Shown: piece by piece, positions 7,961 through 17,803 of the stretch | Layout of the letters: each line of letters starts with the position of its first letter | Position numbering within the stretch: position 1 is the first letter of the stretch | Origin: an uncultured Nitrospiraceae bacterium | GTDB taxonomy: Bacteria > Pseudomonadota > Gammaproteobacteria > Acidiferrobacterales > SPGG2 | Assembly: GCA_964347935.1 (NCBI GenBank) | Contig: CAYGAS010000066.1 | Span: 1 to 43,663, forward strand | Direction: 5' to 3' | DNA length: 43,663 nt | Position numbers and translations under genes: made by a program | Notes under the pieces: model-generated | The model's database searches: none | Told to the model about the DNA's origin: nothing | What the model saw: only the letters and a program-made list of their open reading frames with translations

Positions 7961-9460
7961 ATGCATGCCCAAACGCAACCCCTCGAGAAGTACAAGACTC
8001 ATATCAATGGCGAGTGGGTGGAGTCCGCTTCAGGCGAACACTTCGAAAGTGATAATCCCTACACCGGCCGTCCGTGGGCGTTGATTCCGAAATGCAATGC
8101 CCAGGATGTCGACCGTGCCGTGCAGGCCGCCCACCGTGCCTTTACGACAGGGGCTTGGCCGAAGCTCAGCGCCTCGCAGCGTGGTGCGTTGCTGCGCAAG
8201 CTGGGCGACGCCATCGCCGAGAACGCCGAGCATCTTGCTAGCATCGAGGTTCGCGATAACGGCAAGCTCATAGCGGAGATGGGCGCGCAGCTAAAGTACG
8301 TGCCGCAGTGGTACTACTACTACGGCGGACTGGCCGACAAGATCGAGGGATCGGTGATACCGATCGACAAGCCCGGAAATTTCAATTACACGCGCTACGA
8401 GCCGCTCGGCGTAGTGGGCGCGATCGTGCCCTGGAATTCGCCCTTGCTTCTGACCGCCTGGAAGTTGGCGCCGGCACTGGCCGCCGGCAACACCGTCGTC
8501 ATTAAACCGTCCGAATTCACGTCGGCCTCCACCCTCGAGTTCATGAAGGTGGTCGAGAAAGTCGGTTTCCCGCCCGGCGTCGTCAATGTGGTCACCGGCT
8601 TTGGGCCCGAGGCGGGCATGCCGCTGGTCGAGCACCCCCTGGTGCGCAAGATCGCTTTCACCGGCTCCGACAAGACCGGCCAGTTGATCTACGAGACCGC
8701 CGCACGCGGCTTGAAGCGCGTGAGCCTCGAGCTTGGCGGCAAATCGCCGAACATCGTGTTCGACGACGCGCACATGGACAACGCCGTCAAGGGCGTGATC
8801 TCCGGCATCTTCGCTGCCACCGGTCAGACCTGCATTGCCGGCTCGCGCTTGCTGGTGCAGCAGAGCATCCATGACCAGTTCGTCGACAAGCTCGTGGCCT
8901 TTGCCAAGACCGCGAAGATGGGCGACCCGATGAGCCTCGACACCCAGGTCGGACCGGTCACCAACAAGCCGCAATACCAGAAAGTGCTAGATTACATGGC
9001 CATCGCCAAGAGCGAAGGCGCACAGACCCTGCTCGGCGGCGAGAAGGCGACGCGGCCCGAATGCGGCGACGGTTGGTTCGTCGAGCCGACGATATTTGGC
9101 GGCGTCAAGAATTCCATGCGCATCGCCCAAGAAGAGGTCTTCGGCCCAGTACTGTCGGTGATCCCTTTCAAAGATGAAGACGATGCCGTCGCCATCGGCA
9201 ACGACATCGCCTTCGGCCTTGCCGCCGGCGTGTGGACGGAGAATATACGCCGCGCCATCACGATGGCGGATCGTATGCAGGCCGGCACCATCTGGGTGAA
9301 CACCTATCGCGCCGTGAGCTACATGTCGCCCTTCGGCGGCTACAAGCGCAGCGGTCTCGGGCGCGAAAATGGCCAGGACGCGATGAGGGAATACTTGCAG
9401 ACCAAGAGCGTGTGGATCTCCACCTCGACAGAAGTACCGAACCCGTTTGTGATCCGGTAG
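7961..9460 (+). CDS. NAD-dependent aldehyde dehydrogenase (499 aa; betaine/aminobutyraldehyde-type architecture)
   Basis: An AGGAGA Shine-Dalgarno (SD) sequence lies 6 nt upstream of the start. ALDH motifs are present: VPWNSPLLL, FTGSDKTG, SLELGGKSPNIVF and ATGQTCIAGSRLLV (catalytic Cys). Confidence 0.9.
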   Translation: MHAQTQPLEKYKTHINGEWVESASGEHFESDNPYTGRPWALIPKCNAQDVDRAVQAAHRAFTTGAWPKLSASQRGALLRKLGDAIAENAEHLASIEVRDNGKLIAEMGAQLKYVPQWYYYYGGLADKIEGSVIPIDKPGNFNYTRYEPLGVVGAIVPWNSPLLLTAWKLAPALAAGNTVVIKPSEFTSASTLEFMKVVEKVGFPPGVVNVVTGFGPEAGMPLVEHPLVRKIAFTGSDKTGQLIYETAARGLKRVSLELGGKSPNIVFDDAHMDNAVKGVISGIFAATGQTCIAGSRLLVQQSIHDQFVDKLVAFAKTAKMGDPMSLDTQVGPVTNKPQYQKVLDYMAIAKSEGAQTLLGGEKATRPECGDGWFVEPTIFGGVKNSMRIAQEEVFGPVLSVIPFKDEDDAVAIGNDIAFGLAAGVWTENIRRAITMADRMQAGTIWVNTYRAVSYMSPFGGYKRSGLGRENGQDAMREYLQTKSVWISTSTEVPNPFVIR

Positions 9461-9747
9461 CAATCGGCAGCACTCACGCCCACCGCACGTAGGCCCCAGC
9501 GCCGGACGTACACCCTTTCGCCCGCGCTTGCGGATCGGCTAAGCTCCGCATGTGTCGGTGTGAGGTGACTTGCCGAGCGCTGCCACTCGGCATCATCAGT
9601 CTGTCAGCCTGAATGCCGCATTCAGCGGCGACGCGGATCACACGCTTATCGCGTGTTCGCCCTTGCCAACCGACGACGGTTTATGACAGGATACGCCGCT
9701 TTTCTTCGCCGCTTCCTACGGCGGAGGCAAGAAGTGGAGAACTCTAA

Positions 9748-10788
9748 ATGCAGAAATGGCGGCGGGCTGTTTTCAATATTTTCGCAGCAAGCATCGTATC
9801 TCTCACAGTAAGCGGCGTAATAGGTCAGGCAAGCGCGAGTGCGCTCGGCCGCTATCCCGAGCGAGTATACGTGCCCACCACGATCGGCAACACGGTGCAT
9901 GTGATCGACCCGAAGACCTTCAAGATCATCAATACCTACCGGGTCGGCAAGGAACCGCACCACGTCACCCCCTCTTGGGATCTGACGAAGCTCTACGTGA
10001 ACAACACCATGGGCGACTCGCTAACCGTCATCGACCCGGCAACCAGCAAGATCGTCGATGAGATCCCGGTAATCGATCCCTATAACCTCTATTTCACACC
10101 CGACGGTAGCAAGGCCATCGTCGTGGCGGAACGCTTCAAGCGTCTGGACTTCGTTGATGCGAAGACCTGGAAGCTCATCAAAAGCGTGAGCGTGCCATGG
10201 GCCGGCGTGGACCATATGGCCTTCAGCCGCGACCGCAACTATCTAGTGGCGAGCTGCGAGTGGTCTGGTCGTATCGTCAAGGTGGACATCAACAAGATGG
10301 AGCTGGTTGCGAACATGAAGCTCGGCGAGAAGCCGATCGACGTGCTACGCCCGCCAGGACAAAACCTGATGTACGTGGCTGACCAGGGCGTGCACGGCGT
10401 ATTCGTGATCGACCCCGACGCGTGGAAGCAGCTCGAGTTCATCCCGACCGGGCGCGGCGCCCATGGCATCATGCTGAGCCACGAAAAGAAACGCCTATAC
10501 GTGAGCAATCGCCTGGAGGGGACGATTTCGGTGCTCGACATCGCGACGCGCAAGATCGTCGACACGTGGAAAACCGGCGCAAGTCCGGACATGGGTCAAC
10601 TCTCCCCGGACGGCAAGCAATTCTGGATCTCGAGCCGCTATCACTCCGACATCCGCGTGATCGACACCGCCAGCGGCAAGGTGATCGCCCGCATCCCGAC
10701 TGACCCGGGCCCGCACGGGCTCACCTACTTTCCGGCCTCGGCCGCTGCGCACTCACTCGGTCATAACGGGGTGTATCTGGAAGATTGA
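9748..10788 (+). CDS. Periplasmic YVTN/YncE-family beta-propeller protein
   Basis: It has a signal peptide and repeated (V/I)xVIDxxTxK(I/V) blades: VHVIDPKTFKII, LTVIDPATSKIV, ISVLDIATRKIV and IRVIDTASGKVI. Confidence 0.8.
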   Translation: MQKWRRAVFNIFAASIVSLTVSGVIGQASASALGRYPERVYVPTTIGNTVHVIDPKTFKIINTYRVGKEPHHVTPSWDLTKLYVNNTMGDSLTVIDPATSKIVDEIPVIDPYNLYFTPDGSKAIVVAERFKRLDFVDAKTWKLIKSVSVPWAGVDHMAFSRDRNYLVASCEWSGRIVKVDINKMELVANMKLGEKPIDVLRPPGQNLMYVADQGVHGVFVIDPDAWKQLEFIPTGRGAHGIMLSHEKKRLYVSNRLEGTISVLDIATRKIVDTWKTGASPDMGQLSPDGKQFWISSRYHSDIRVIDTASGKVIARIPTDPGPHGLTYFPASAAAHSLGHNGVYLED

Positions 10789-10843
10789 GCGCACTGCTCG
10801 CGGGCACGGCAGCCGTCTATATTTGCGCACACAAGTCACCGCC

Positions 10844-12484
10844 TCATTCCGGCTCGGCGGGGACTGGTCGCGCCGGCGTGGAGTACCACTGTTCCTTGGG
10901 CACGATCTTTGGTTGCTGCGGATCGGTTTCGTAGGCCGGTGTCATGATTTGCACGCCATATTCGTTGAAGAGATCAAGAATGTTTTGATGCAGTCGGGTA
11001 TAGAGTCTTTCCGTATCGTGGGCATCGCCGCAATAGACGTTAATCTCGTAGGTCACGCAGAAATCCCCGAGCGTCTTCTGCAGCACGAAGGGCTTAGGCT
11101 CCTTTGCCACGCCTTCGGTCCTCTCTGCCGCCTGCAAGAGCATTGCCTCTACCTGGCGCCAGGACGTTTCGTATCCGATGCCGACCGTTGTATGCAGGAT
11201 CAACCTGCCTTCGCGTGCCAGTGAACTGTAGTTCACGATACTGCTGTTCAAAACAAGCGAATTGGGAATGACAACTTGTTCATTCTTAGGGGTACGCAGA
11301 TGGGTCACCAACAATCGAGACTCCGTCACGTTACCGACATACTCATCAATTCGAACACGATCGCCTGTTCTGAACGCCCGCCGGTAGATCATCGAGTAAC
11401 CGGCGATCACGTTGCTGATGACCGACTGGGAGCCGAGTGAAAAGAGCACACCGAGGAAGATAGACACACCTTGAAATGCATTTGATCCCGAGCCCGGAAT
11501 GTGCGGATAAGCCACCACTACCGCAAGGGCAATCACTAGCAGGCGCACCATCCGGTAGGTGGGCCAGGCCCATTCGCGATCAAACCCTGCTATGTACATC
11601 GTCCCCCGTGCCAACCCCGTAAAAGGTAAGCGAATCGCCTTCAGCACGTAACGGGTCACGAACACGAGGACCACAAGAAACATTAGATCGGGAATAACGG
11701 CGAGGAGGTTTTGGCCCATGATAATCAGTGGATCCACCGCCAGGTTCAACAGATGCGCGGATCGCGTCCATGGAAACAGTTGCAACAGGAACTCCAGGTA
11801 GAGGACTATCACAATCAGCACAGCTAAGGTCCAAACGAATTTACGCAGCCCGCGCAGGGCGCTCCACAGATGCGCGGCGCTCAGAAGCCGCAAGGACTGG
11901 GCCTCCAGCCCCTCTAATTTCGCCTTCACCCGCCTATCAAGTACGACATCAAGCCGGCGTAAGGCCCGTCCGCCTAGCCAAAGGAACAGGCCTAGTCCGA
12001 GAGTTGCGGCAAACGCGTATAGCGTGCTGCGTAGCTGATACTCCGGTGTCCGATCGCGCCGATAAGCTTTGATCGCTTCGGCAATACGCTTGACATAGAC
12101 GTCGGCCAGAATCTTGCGGTCCGCTTGTTCCAGTTGCGCGTCCTCATCCAACACGAATAAGACGAGTTGATCGCCTGCTGCGATTCGTGAGCCTTCTTTC
12201 ACCTCGGTCACCCCAAGCGCGTTCGGCGAGAAGGCAGGGTCGGCTGCCAGCGCCTTGATTCGCGCCGCGATTACCTGGGCGCGCTTTTTGGCCGGATACG
12301 CCGATACGCCGCGCACACGAAACAGCTCCACCCCATCGATCACCACTGGTGCTGCGGCGATCTTTTCTGTTGCTGGGGGAGCGGCATTGACTACGCTAGC
12401 CAATAACAACACTGAAATCAGCAACCCTGCTACGGCACAGATAGGCGCGCCCCGACGAGGTGGCGTGGTGGCATTACGGCTCAT
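10844..12484 (-). CDS. MscS-family mechanosensitive channel with signal peptide and periplasmic N-domain
   Basis: The MscS core is GDRVRIDEYVGNVTESRLLVTHLRTPKNEQVVIPNSLVLNSSIVNYS. I chose the start at ATG 12484 (MSRNATT..., GGAGAA SD 8 nt upstream). The ORF is open up to 12544. Confidence 0.85.
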   Translation of the reverse strand: MSRNATTPPRRGAPICAVAGLLISVLLLASVVNAAPPATEKIAAAPVVIDGVELFRVRGVSAYPAKKRAQVIAARIKALAADPAFSPNALGVTEVKEGSRIAAGDQLVLFVLDEDAQLEQADRKILADVYVKRIAEAIKAYRRDRTPEYQLRSTLYAFAATLGLGLFLWLGGRALRRLDVVLDRRVKAKLEGLEAQSLRLLSAAHLWSALRGLRKFVWTLAVLIVIVLYLEFLLQLFPWTRSAHLLNLAVDPLIIMGQNLLAVIPDLMFLVVLVFVTRYVLKAIRLPFTGLARGTMYIAGFDREWAWPTYRMVRLLVIALAVVVAYPHIPGSGSNAFQGVSIFLGVLFSLGSQSVISNVIAGYSMIYRRAFRTGDRVRIDEYVGNVTESRLLVTHLRTPKNEQVVIPNSLVLNSSIVNYSSLAREGRLILHTTVGIGYETSWRQVEAMLLQAAERTEGVAKEPKPFVLQKTLGDFCVTYEINVYCGDAHDTERLYTRLHQNILDLFNEYGVQIMTPAYETDPQQPKIVPKEQWYSTPARPVPAEPE

Positions 12485-12675
12485 GGTCTTCTCCATCGCA
12501 TGATCGATTCTTGTTTGGTACAACGACACGAAATTCTCGTGCACGTTGGCCTTCGCCCGCTAGAAGCTGTGCCCGGCGGCGCTAGCAACTCTGGCCCAAG
12601 ACAACCTAATCGCGCACGACATTACTGTGAGGCATCGCTCGGCAACTGGCAATTGCGCGCGAACAAGTGGTCACC

Positions 12676-15003
12676 TCACCGTGTTGTTCCCTCCAACTGC
12701 ATGCGCAGCTCGCTGAGCGCCCGGTTAGCGGGGGCGCGTTGCAGGGCCTTGTCGACCACGGCCAGCGCCTCGCGCGTGCGCCCGGCGCTGTGCAGTGCGA
12801 CGGCGTAGACATAGCTGTAGCGGGTCTCCTCGGGAGCGAGCTCTGCCGCTCGCTGTAGCGAAGCGAGCGCCGCCGAAAGATTCTTCTGCCGGACCTGCAG
12901 CAATCCCAGGCTGTGGTATAGAGCGGCTGCTTGTGGTAAGCGGGCGATCCCGGCGCGCAGGATTTGTTCACCCTCGGGATCGCGGTTTTGTCTGCGCAGC
13001 AGATCGGCAAGATTGACGTAGGCCGGCGCCCAGTTCGGATCGAGTGCAAGCGCCTCACGGTAGGCGTGCCCAGCACTATCCGCCTGGCCCCGTGCCGCGT
13101 AGAAGTTGCCCAGGTTAACGTGGGCGGCCGGATCGTCGGCATTTTGTCGTTGTGCCGCCAAGTATTCATTGCTCGCCCGTTCAAGGTCCGCGCGTGCGCT
13201 TGGCGCAAGAGCTTCGAGCGGAACATCGGCAAGGGCGCTCGCCGCCAGTGCGCGAACAGTGCGCATTGGATCCCGCAGCAGATGCTGGATAAGCTGCCAA
13301 CGTGTCTCGAGCGCTACGCGTTCCAGTGCCTCGAGCGCCGCCATGCGCACCAACGGATTCGTATCGCTAAGCGCATCGTTGAGGGCGTCTAGCGTTTGCG
13401 GGCTCAGCCAATCGCGCAGCGCTACAGCCGCCGTCGCGCGGGCGATCGCCGGCTGATCATGATCGCGTAACAATCCTAACAGGCGGAGCCCGGCATCTTG
13501 GGTTATCGAGCGCGCTTCGTGCAGCGCTTCGGCATAGCGTTGATAGCTTGTCGGCTTACGACCGTACCATTGCCGGACCTTCGCCGCGGCCCATGCCGCC
13601 GGCTTCTCATTGTGACAACGGTTGCAGGCGTTCGGGGTACCGAGCTTGCTGGAGAGGTCGGGCCGCGGAATGCGAAAGCTGTGATCCCGTCGTGGATCGA
13701 CGACCATGTAGGTTTTGGCCGGCATGTGGCAATCAACGCAGTTTGCGCCCGCCGACTCAGAACGATGAAAATGATGTTTAGGCGTCTCGTATTTTCCCGG
13801 CGCATGACATTGAAGGCACACGCCATTGCCCGGTACTTCGAGGGCAAGACTGTGCGGGTCGTGACAGTCACTACAGGTGATCCCGGCCCTATACATCTTG
13901 CTCTGCAGGAACGAACCGTACACGTAGACCTCGCCGTCGATCTGCCCGTCAACATGGTAAAGGCCCTCAACCAAGAGCGACGGCAAGTAACTATCCATGA
14001 GCGGCTGCCCGGGGCGGTCATCATCGAACAACTGAGCGCGCCGTGAGTGGCAGCGGGCGCAAAGCTCAATCTCGATCTCGGTCTGGCGTGGGACACTACG
14101 CCGTGGCGTACCCGACTGCGGATCCAGTATCCATTGCATACCCTTGCGCTCGTCGAGAGAGATGACGAGCCCTTTGCTGCGTGCATCGATCGTCTCCCAG
14201 CCCTCCTTGCGCTTCGCCCAGCTAACGTGATGCGAGCCGGGTCCGTGACAGGCCTCACAAGAGACGTTGATCTCCGACCACGTTGTTTCGTATTGGCGGC
14301 GAGCCGAATCATAGTTTTTCCGCAGGTTCGTCGAATGGCAATCCGCACACATGAAGTTCCAGTTCTGCCGCAGTCCCGTCCAATGCAGCTCATCGCGATG
14401 CGTGACGGCTTCATTCGGATAAAGATGGAACCAGCGCTGCCCGCCCTGCTCCTTCGGTCGAGTGTCCCAGGCAATGTTGAGGGCCTGAAGGCGGCCGCCG
14501 GGTAACTCAACGAGATATTGCTGGAGCGGTGTCGCCCCGAAGGTGTACTTGATCCCGTAATCGGCAAGCTTGCCGTCCGGACCGTCCGTACGGACAAAGA
14601 CCTTGTCCTCACGCTTGAAAAAGGTCGAGGTGATGTCGGCATAACGAAAGGTTGTGTTGTCGAAGTTGCCGAGTACGGACGTCTCGGTCGCTTCCTGCAT
14701 GGCGAGGTCGTGATGCGAGCCTCGCCACAAGCGCCCCTGCTCGGTATGGCATTCGAAACAGGTTGTCCCTCCGACATAGGTGGGCGCAGTAAGAACCGGC
14801 TTAGGGTCGGCGCGCGGCGTGTGCGGTGCTTCTATAGGGCGCAGCACCCACCACACACCGGCACCCGCAAACACGACGAGCAATAGCCCACTGATCAACC
14901 AACGCAAGCCCCGCGTGCGACCCGGCGGTACAGCCTCCCGGGGCGGGGTTGGTGAAGTCTGGCCTTTATTGATGCGATTTCTTGTTCGCCTCTTGCGACT
15001 CAT
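12676..15003 (-). CDS. Membrane-anchored octaheme c-type cytochrome fused to HEAT-like and TPR repeats
   Basis: Eight CXXCH motifs are present: CFECH, CADCH, CEACH, CARCH, CSDCH, CLQCH, CVDCH and CNRCH. There is one N-terminal TM helix (LRWLISGLLLVVFAGAGVWWVL). The C-terminal ~280 aa consists of Ala/Leu-rich HEAT/TPR repeats. I chose the start at ATG 15003 (MSRKRR...) because the longer ORF (15063) abuts the upstream terminator. Confidence 0.8.
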   Translation of the reverse strand: MSRKRRTRNRINKGQTSPTPPREAVPPGRTRGLRWLISGLLLVVFAGAGVWWVLRPIEAPHTPRADPKPVLTAPTYVGGTTCFECHTEQGRLWRGSHHDLAMQEATETSVLGNFDNTTFRYADITSTFFKREDKVFVRTDGPDGKLADYGIKYTFGATPLQQYLVELPGGRLQALNIAWDTRPKEQGGQRWFHLYPNEAVTHRDELHWTGLRQNWNFMCADCHSTNLRKNYDSARRQYETTWSEINVSCEACHGPGSHHVSWAKRKEGWETIDARSKGLVISLDERKGMQWILDPQSGTPRRSVPRQTEIEIELCARCHSRRAQLFDDDRPGQPLMDSYLPSLLVEGLYHVDGQIDGEVYVYGSFLQSKMYRAGITCSDCHDPHSLALEVPGNGVCLQCHAPGKYETPKHHFHRSESAGANCVDCHMPAKTYMVVDPRRDHSFRIPRPDLSSKLGTPNACNRCHNEKPAAWAAAKVRQWYGRKPTSYQRYAEALHEARSITQDAGLRLLGLLRDHDQPAIARATAAVALRDWLSPQTLDALNDALSDTNPLVRMAALEALERVALETRWQLIQHLLRDPMRTVRALAASALADVPLEALAPSARADLERASNEYLAAQRQNADDPAAHVNLGNFYAARGQADSAGHAYREALALDPNWAPAYVNLADLLRRQNRDPEGEQILRAGIARLPQAAALYHSLGLLQVRQKNLSAALASLQRAAELAPEETRYSYVYAVALHSAGRTREALAVVDKALQRAPANRALSELRMQLEGTTR

Positions 15004-15071
15004 CTCGAATGCGATTATAAGCTTCCAGGAAGCGAGAATGGAGAGCGGGCCACGCCGGTGCATCGCTAGGC

Positions 15072-15105
15072 AAAAAAAACGGACACCCTGCTGATGGGCG
15101 CCCGT
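15072..15105 (-). terminator. Rho-independent terminator closing the DUF3604 operon
   Basis: The minus-strand RNA reads ACGGGCGCCC-AUCAGCA-GGGUGUCCGU followed by U8. The stem is 10 bp including two G.U pairs. Those two pairs become A.C mismatches on the + strand, so the terminator is strand-specific. Confidence 0.7.
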
Positions 15106-15227
15106 TTGGTTGCCAAATATTCCTGCTTTACTATTGCGGCTGCGGGTTCGACTGCACCTTAGCCATGCCGAATTCTCTCTTACTTCATTTCACGAGCCCG
15201 AACATGCCCGACCGCGACTACGGTACC

Positions 15228-15689
15228 TTATTCAACCAGTGGCACCTCGGCCGCAATCTCGTATTTTACGATCGCCCGGATCTTGTTCTCGATCTGTAGG
15301 TAACGTGCGACCTTCCACTCGGGCAATGCCTTCTCCAGCTTCGGCACGTAGGCACGCTTCAGTTTGAGTTCGGACTCCTCGATCGCAAGCATCTCGCCGA
15401 GCAGCTTCTTTGCGGTGTCGTTGGAAACAGGGCCCTTGTTGTACGCGTCTGCGTACTTCAGGATCAGCTTTCCCAGACGCTCGTTTATTCCTTGCAGGTC
15501 CTTCTGGTAGGCATCGTAGACGGGCCAGAAACCCTTGGCCTCCGACTCCGTGAGGCCCATGTTCACGGCCACGACTAGTTTTTTATCCGCCTTAATCTTG
15601 TCGCGCAGGATCTGCATGTTGTCCTGGGCCACAACAGGCATCATCGCCAACGCCGCAATCATAAGCACAAATATCTTAGCAGTTTTCAT
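15228..15689 (-). CDS. Small secreted all-helical protein of unknown function (possibly Spy/CpxP-like; very tentative)
   Basis: 153 aa starting at ATG 15689, with an AGGAG SD 8 nt upstream. It has a signal peptide (MKTAKIFVLMIAALAMMPVVA/QD) and a Lys/Glu/Leu-rich, helix-prone sequence. It is the last gene before the terminator. Confidence 0.65.
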   Translation of the reverse strand: MKTAKIFVLMIAALAMMPVVAQDNMQILRDKIKADKKLVVAVNMGLTESEAKGFWPVYDAYQKDLQGINERLGKLILKYADAYNKGPVSNDTAKKLLGEMLAIEESELKLKRAYVPKLEKALPEWKVARYLQIENKIRAIVKYEIAAEVPLVE

Positions 15690-15798
15690 AGACATGTCTC
15701 CTGGTTCAGTTTGGTGAATGAAAACCATCGATTCGCTCACCCTCTGCTACGTGACTGGTAGACGAAATCGCACAGTTCTCTTGCCGACCTTGCTCACT

Positions 15799-17730
15799 CT
15801 ATGGTGTGTACCAAATAGGCGACGTGTAGGCGCGCTCGGTTGTGGTCATCGGCACCGTCTTGTCCACCTTGACCTTGAACCGTGCGGCATCGTACGCGGT
15901 CCAACGCGGCGTCGGGATCTCGATCACGCGCACGTAGTAGAACGCGCGCAGTTTCGGATCGAAGTCCGGATCTTTCCACACTGTAATCAGTTCCGGCGCA
16001 CCGATGGTGTTGGTCCAGGTCGCGTTGGCGACGTCGACCGTGCTGCCCACCGGGGGCAGCTTGCCGTCGGCGCCCGGCTTGCGATCGCCCGCCCAGACGA
16101 CGTCGTAGACCTTCTCCTGCCGCTTACCCTTCGCGTCGATCCAGCCCTTGACGATCTGGATGCGGTCGAGGTTGCCGCCGAGCGGGTCCTTCAGCGCCGC
16201 AACCAGGAACGTGGGCGCCTTGCCCGCGGGCGCCTTGAGCAGGTCGCCGCCCATTGTCACGCCGAGCTGATAGCCGATCGTCGCCGGCGTGCGCGATCTG
16301 GCGTGCTCGGGCCTGAAGCCGTAGCCACCGAAGAAGCGCACGATCATGCGCGAGCCGGTGGTCGCGTAGGTCTCCTTGCGCTTCATCGCATCCCAAATCG
16401 CTTCGCGCGTGTTCTCCGTCGCCCACACAGCGGCATAGCCGCTCGACGCCTGTTCCCATCCTATGATGCAGTTGCTGCCGAAACAGCCCACCGCATGCTC
16501 CCAGCGCTTTGGGCCCGGCTCGGTGCCGGAATGCTTGCCGAAGAAGTTATCCTCCTGCGCAGTAGCGAGCGCGGTGTGGCTGTCCGCCGAGCCCACCATG
16601 CCGAACTTGTACGGGTTGACGCCGGTCTTCTGCTCAAGCGCGAGGCCGATCTTGAGCGCCTCGCGGGCGTACTCGTACTGCAGCATCTCCTTCTTCTTCG
16701 GCACGCTCAGATCGAGATTTCCCTTGTCCCAGGTCTCGTAGTCGGCGAACTCGTCGTTCGGCGACAGGAACGGATGCGTCTCGCCATCGCCCTTGATCTG
16801 CGTGACCTCGTACAACGGCTCCCAGCGCATGCGCGTCTTTGCATAAGCGCGGTCGAGCGGCTTGCCGGTGAAGCTGTCGACCATCGGGAACATGATGCCG
16901 TTCGACAGGTTGCCGTTGTGCGCGAGCGCGAGGATGCGGCCGCCGGTCTTCTGCTCGTAGGCCTCGAGCCACTTCCACAGGTCGCGCGGATCGTCGCTGC
17001 CCAGGGGCTTGAGCGTGGTATACGGCTCGACCATGCTCGCCTTGTTGCCGCCCTCGCGGAAGATGACGACGCGATGCAGATTGTTGCCGTTGGTGTTCGA
17101 GGTCCACTCGTAGCCGATGAAGGCGGTGAACTTGCCGGGGTCGTTGTATTTGTCGGCCGCCTTGACCGCAGTCTCCCAGGCCGAGCGGTAGGCCTGGCTG
17201 CCGGGCAGCGACGCGAGCGCGGGCGGGAATTTGTTCTGGCTGAACGAAGAGATGACCTCCAGCGCGGCCTTCACGCCCTGCTGGCCGCCTTTCTGGACCA
17301 TGTCGTACCAGCGCTTGCCGGTCGCATCGGCGAGCATCGCAGGATCGCCGGCAAACAGGCGCGGGAAGAACCCCATATTGTCCGAGTGGTCCGCGACGAC
17401 GAGAAAATCCAGCGGCCGCGAAAGCCTGACCTTCAAGCCGGTCGACGAGACAAGCTCTTCGCCGCGCGCGAAGCGGTAGGCATCCTCGGGCTGCAGGCGC
17501 GCGCCGAAGGCACCGGCATCCATCGACATGCCTGTGTGCAGGTGGGTGTCTCCGAAGTACACCTGGTCCGGAAAATTACGCCCGGCGTAAGGCGAGAAAT
17601 GCCGCTGCGGCTTGAATGCACCCTCCAGCGTCTCCGCTGGCGGCACTGGGTCATTAGCCATCACCGTGCCAGCAAATACCGTCACAAGCACAACCACTAT
17701 GTGCACGCTCACAAATTTGCAGAACTTCAT
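15799..17730 (-). CDS. DUF3604-family protein, soluble periplasmic paralogue (A)
   Basis: 643 aa with a signal peptide (...AGTVMA/ND). Motifs present: YFGDTHLHT, PLDFLVVADH, GYEWTS, HNGNLSNG, GSADSHT and the C-terminal ERAYTSPIWYTP. Size and motifs fit Pfam DUF3604 as I recall it. Confidence 0.85.
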   Translation of the reverse strand: MKFCKFVSVHIVVVLVTVFAGTVMANDPVPPAETLEGAFKPQRHFSPYAGRNFPDQVYFGDTHLHTGMSMDAGAFGARLQPEDAYRFARGEELVSSTGLKVRLSRPLDFLVVADHSDNMGFFPRLFAGDPAMLADATGKRWYDMVQKGGQQGVKAALEVISSFSQNKFPPALASLPGSQAYRSAWETAVKAADKYNDPGKFTAFIGYEWTSNTNGNNLHRVVIFREGGNKASMVEPYTTLKPLGSDDPRDLWKWLEAYEQKTGGRILALAHNGNLSNGIMFPMVDSFTGKPLDRAYAKTRMRWEPLYEVTQIKGDGETHPFLSPNDEFADYETWDKGNLDLSVPKKKEMLQYEYAREALKIGLALEQKTGVNPYKFGMVGSADSHTALATAQEDNFFGKHSGTEPGPKRWEHAVGCFGSNCIIGWEQASSGYAAVWATENTREAIWDAMKRKETYATTGSRMIVRFFGGYGFRPEHARSRTPATIGYQLGVTMGGDLLKAPAGKAPTFLVAALKDPLGGNLDRIQIVKGWIDAKGKRQEKVYDVVWAGDRKPGADGKLPPVGSTVDVANATWTNTIGAPELITVWKDPDFDPKLRAFYYVRVIEIPTPRWTAYDAARFKVKVDKTVPMTTTERAYTSPIWYTP

Positions 17731-17803
17731 CTTTTACCCCCCTGCTGTCGAAACGGTCTTGTCGCGTCGTCGCTGATTGACTCACATCCAAGATTTTTCA
17801 TCT

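Noticed and set aside
13503-14777. A 424-aa ORF on the same strand as the octaheme cytochrome gene but in another frame.
   Set aside because: Its translation is Arg/Ser/Thr/Pro-rich and domain-free. The alternative frame carries eight CXXCH motifs and TPR repeats and is clearly the real gene.
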